The position numbers were made by a program, and so were the translations under genes. Below the pieces are notes generated by a model, which saw only the letters and a program-made list of their open reading frames with translations, was not told where the DNA came from and ran no database searches. Below, in pieces: positions 62,745 through 64,000 of a stretch of DNA of 64,000 nt; the stretch's first letter is position 1, and each line of letters begins with the position of its first letter. This DNA comes from Dudresnaya verticillata (taxonomy: Eukaryota), in assembly GCA_977862235.1 (NCBI GenBank), contig OZ374560.1, positions 248,001 through 312,000 on the forward strand, read 5' to 3'.

Positions 62745-64000
62745 TCAGGCCGAACTCCTTACAGTGAAATTTCCCCAGTGCCATTGCTGGCGGTGAGTCC
62801 GCGATTTGACGCAAATGAGCGCGGTTGAATTGCAGTACAAGCATAGCCCTGAGAAGCTTGCGACTTGCATCAGACGCGATAGGTGCGATCGCGGAGTGTA
62901 CGAATTGCTTGGTTCAGTCATAAGCTCTTCCAAAGTCAGGGCCCTGTGCACTCTCATGTGCCCGGACGTGAAGCTAAAGATTTGGTCTATATCCGTGTGG
63001 GTGTGCCCGATAGGTAAAAATGAGAGAAGGACCTCTTGGAACACCCCCCATGCCACTAGGGATTCAAAGTAAGAGAACATGAATCGGTTTTTGTTTTCCC
63101 TAATGCAATTGTCTAATTGTATCAACAGGGTGGGTTGCAAGATGCTCGCCGTGTTCTTGCGCATTACCATACGATGCAGCGCCTGGATGATATGATTGGC
63201 CCCGGTTTCGTGTTCTGCTGTCATAACATAGAGTGAGAGATTGTTCTGGGGTCCGTGGTCGAGGACGCCTACCAACTTGATTTTAATGGTATGTCCAATC
63301 ACGGATTTCGTCGTGGTCTCGAAGTGCCGAAGCCCAAAGGCCAACTGATCAGATGCATCTATTACCAGAGAGCAATAATCCGAGGGATAGGCTCGAGTGC
63401 GGCCCTTAGTGATCTTGTAATCCAGCCGCTCCCTCGCAGTCATATCTAAATGGGTCCTGTACAGTGCTTGGAATTGCGCAGCTTTATTAATTTTCCCCTG
63501 CACTGGCCAGAGCGTCCTTCAGCTCTTCACATACAGCGCATTTTTTGAAGCGTTGTACTTTTCGAGGCTTCGATTGCGGGAAGTACTTCGCCCACGTGAG
63601 GGTGAAGTAGCTCATACTGGCTGGGGATTTATTTGCATACAATGAACTGTGTTCTTCTTCATATCTCTCATACAATATCTTCTTTTGAAAGTTGTGTAGG
63701 TGCTTCTCCAGCGTGTCAGGCATTATGTCTGCGGTGGACTCAGAAGGACGGTGCAGGAAGGACAGAATCCTGCCCCTCTTCTCATTATGTGTTTCCTGAG
63801 GGGCAGGGACGACTCTGTTCACGTCTGCGGACCCAGGCGTCCGTTTGACAGAGCCTTGCAGGTCGCGTGAGAATCCGAACCACTTCTCTGGAAAGGCGAA
63901 ACAAATGCGATTCCCATAAAACGTAAACGTTTGCCGTCATAATCCAGCATGGAAGCCAGGTATGCCTTCCGTTCGGTAGGATTCATCTGCAACACCCGTC
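62745..64000 (-). pseudogene. Sola-like DDD transposase (frameshifted at ~63500; runs off the window end)
   Basis: SYFTLTWAKYFP...RFKKCAVC; SLVIDASDQ; LLIQLDNCIRENKN; FLPIGHTHTDIDQIFS - motifs typical of Sola-type transposases. Confidence 0.75.

Overview
Eukaryotic genomic DNA, most likely from an intron-poor red alga (inferred from TE types and gene style; not proven). Positions 1-16.8 kb hold a few host genes: the low-complexity 3' end of a gene, a secreted metallo-beta-lactamase-fold gene, a SPEC3/Stum-type membrane protein and a decayed Tudor-domain fragment, separated by degenerate DNA. Positions 16.86-61.2 kb are dominated by Ty3/Gypsy LTR retrotransposons, two of which still carry a chromodomain. 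From 16.86 to 56.2 kb they form one deep nest that can be resolved from LTR ends and target-site duplications (TSDs). Element C (16971-52522, TSD AACGG) sits in an old LTR F. Element B (17135-36247, TSD GTGAG) sits in C's 3' LTR. Element A (17938-29321, TSD ACATT) sits in B. Several solo LTRs (A', D, E, G1, G2, two H copies) and a truncated D element complete the nest. A truncated E element lies at 58.9-61.2 kb, and a Sola-like DDD transposase pseudogene ends the window. Three observations stand out. (1) Three unrelated-LTR Gypsy families (A, B, C; probably also E) each carry a large antisense ORF between pol and the 3' LTR, and A, B and C share an unrecognised domain (YE..V..P.(V/I)(A/S)Y...W..F..EW). 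(2) Element A carries 33 perfect copies of the palindrome CCGTNACGG, including inside its coding frames, and the motif is almost absent elsewhere. Together with (1) this suggests a possible element-encoded protein plus self-recognition-motif system, analogous to VANDAL/VANC anti-silencing (a hypothesis). (3) C has a ~150-nt antisense copy of its own pol directly after the primer-binding site (PBS).
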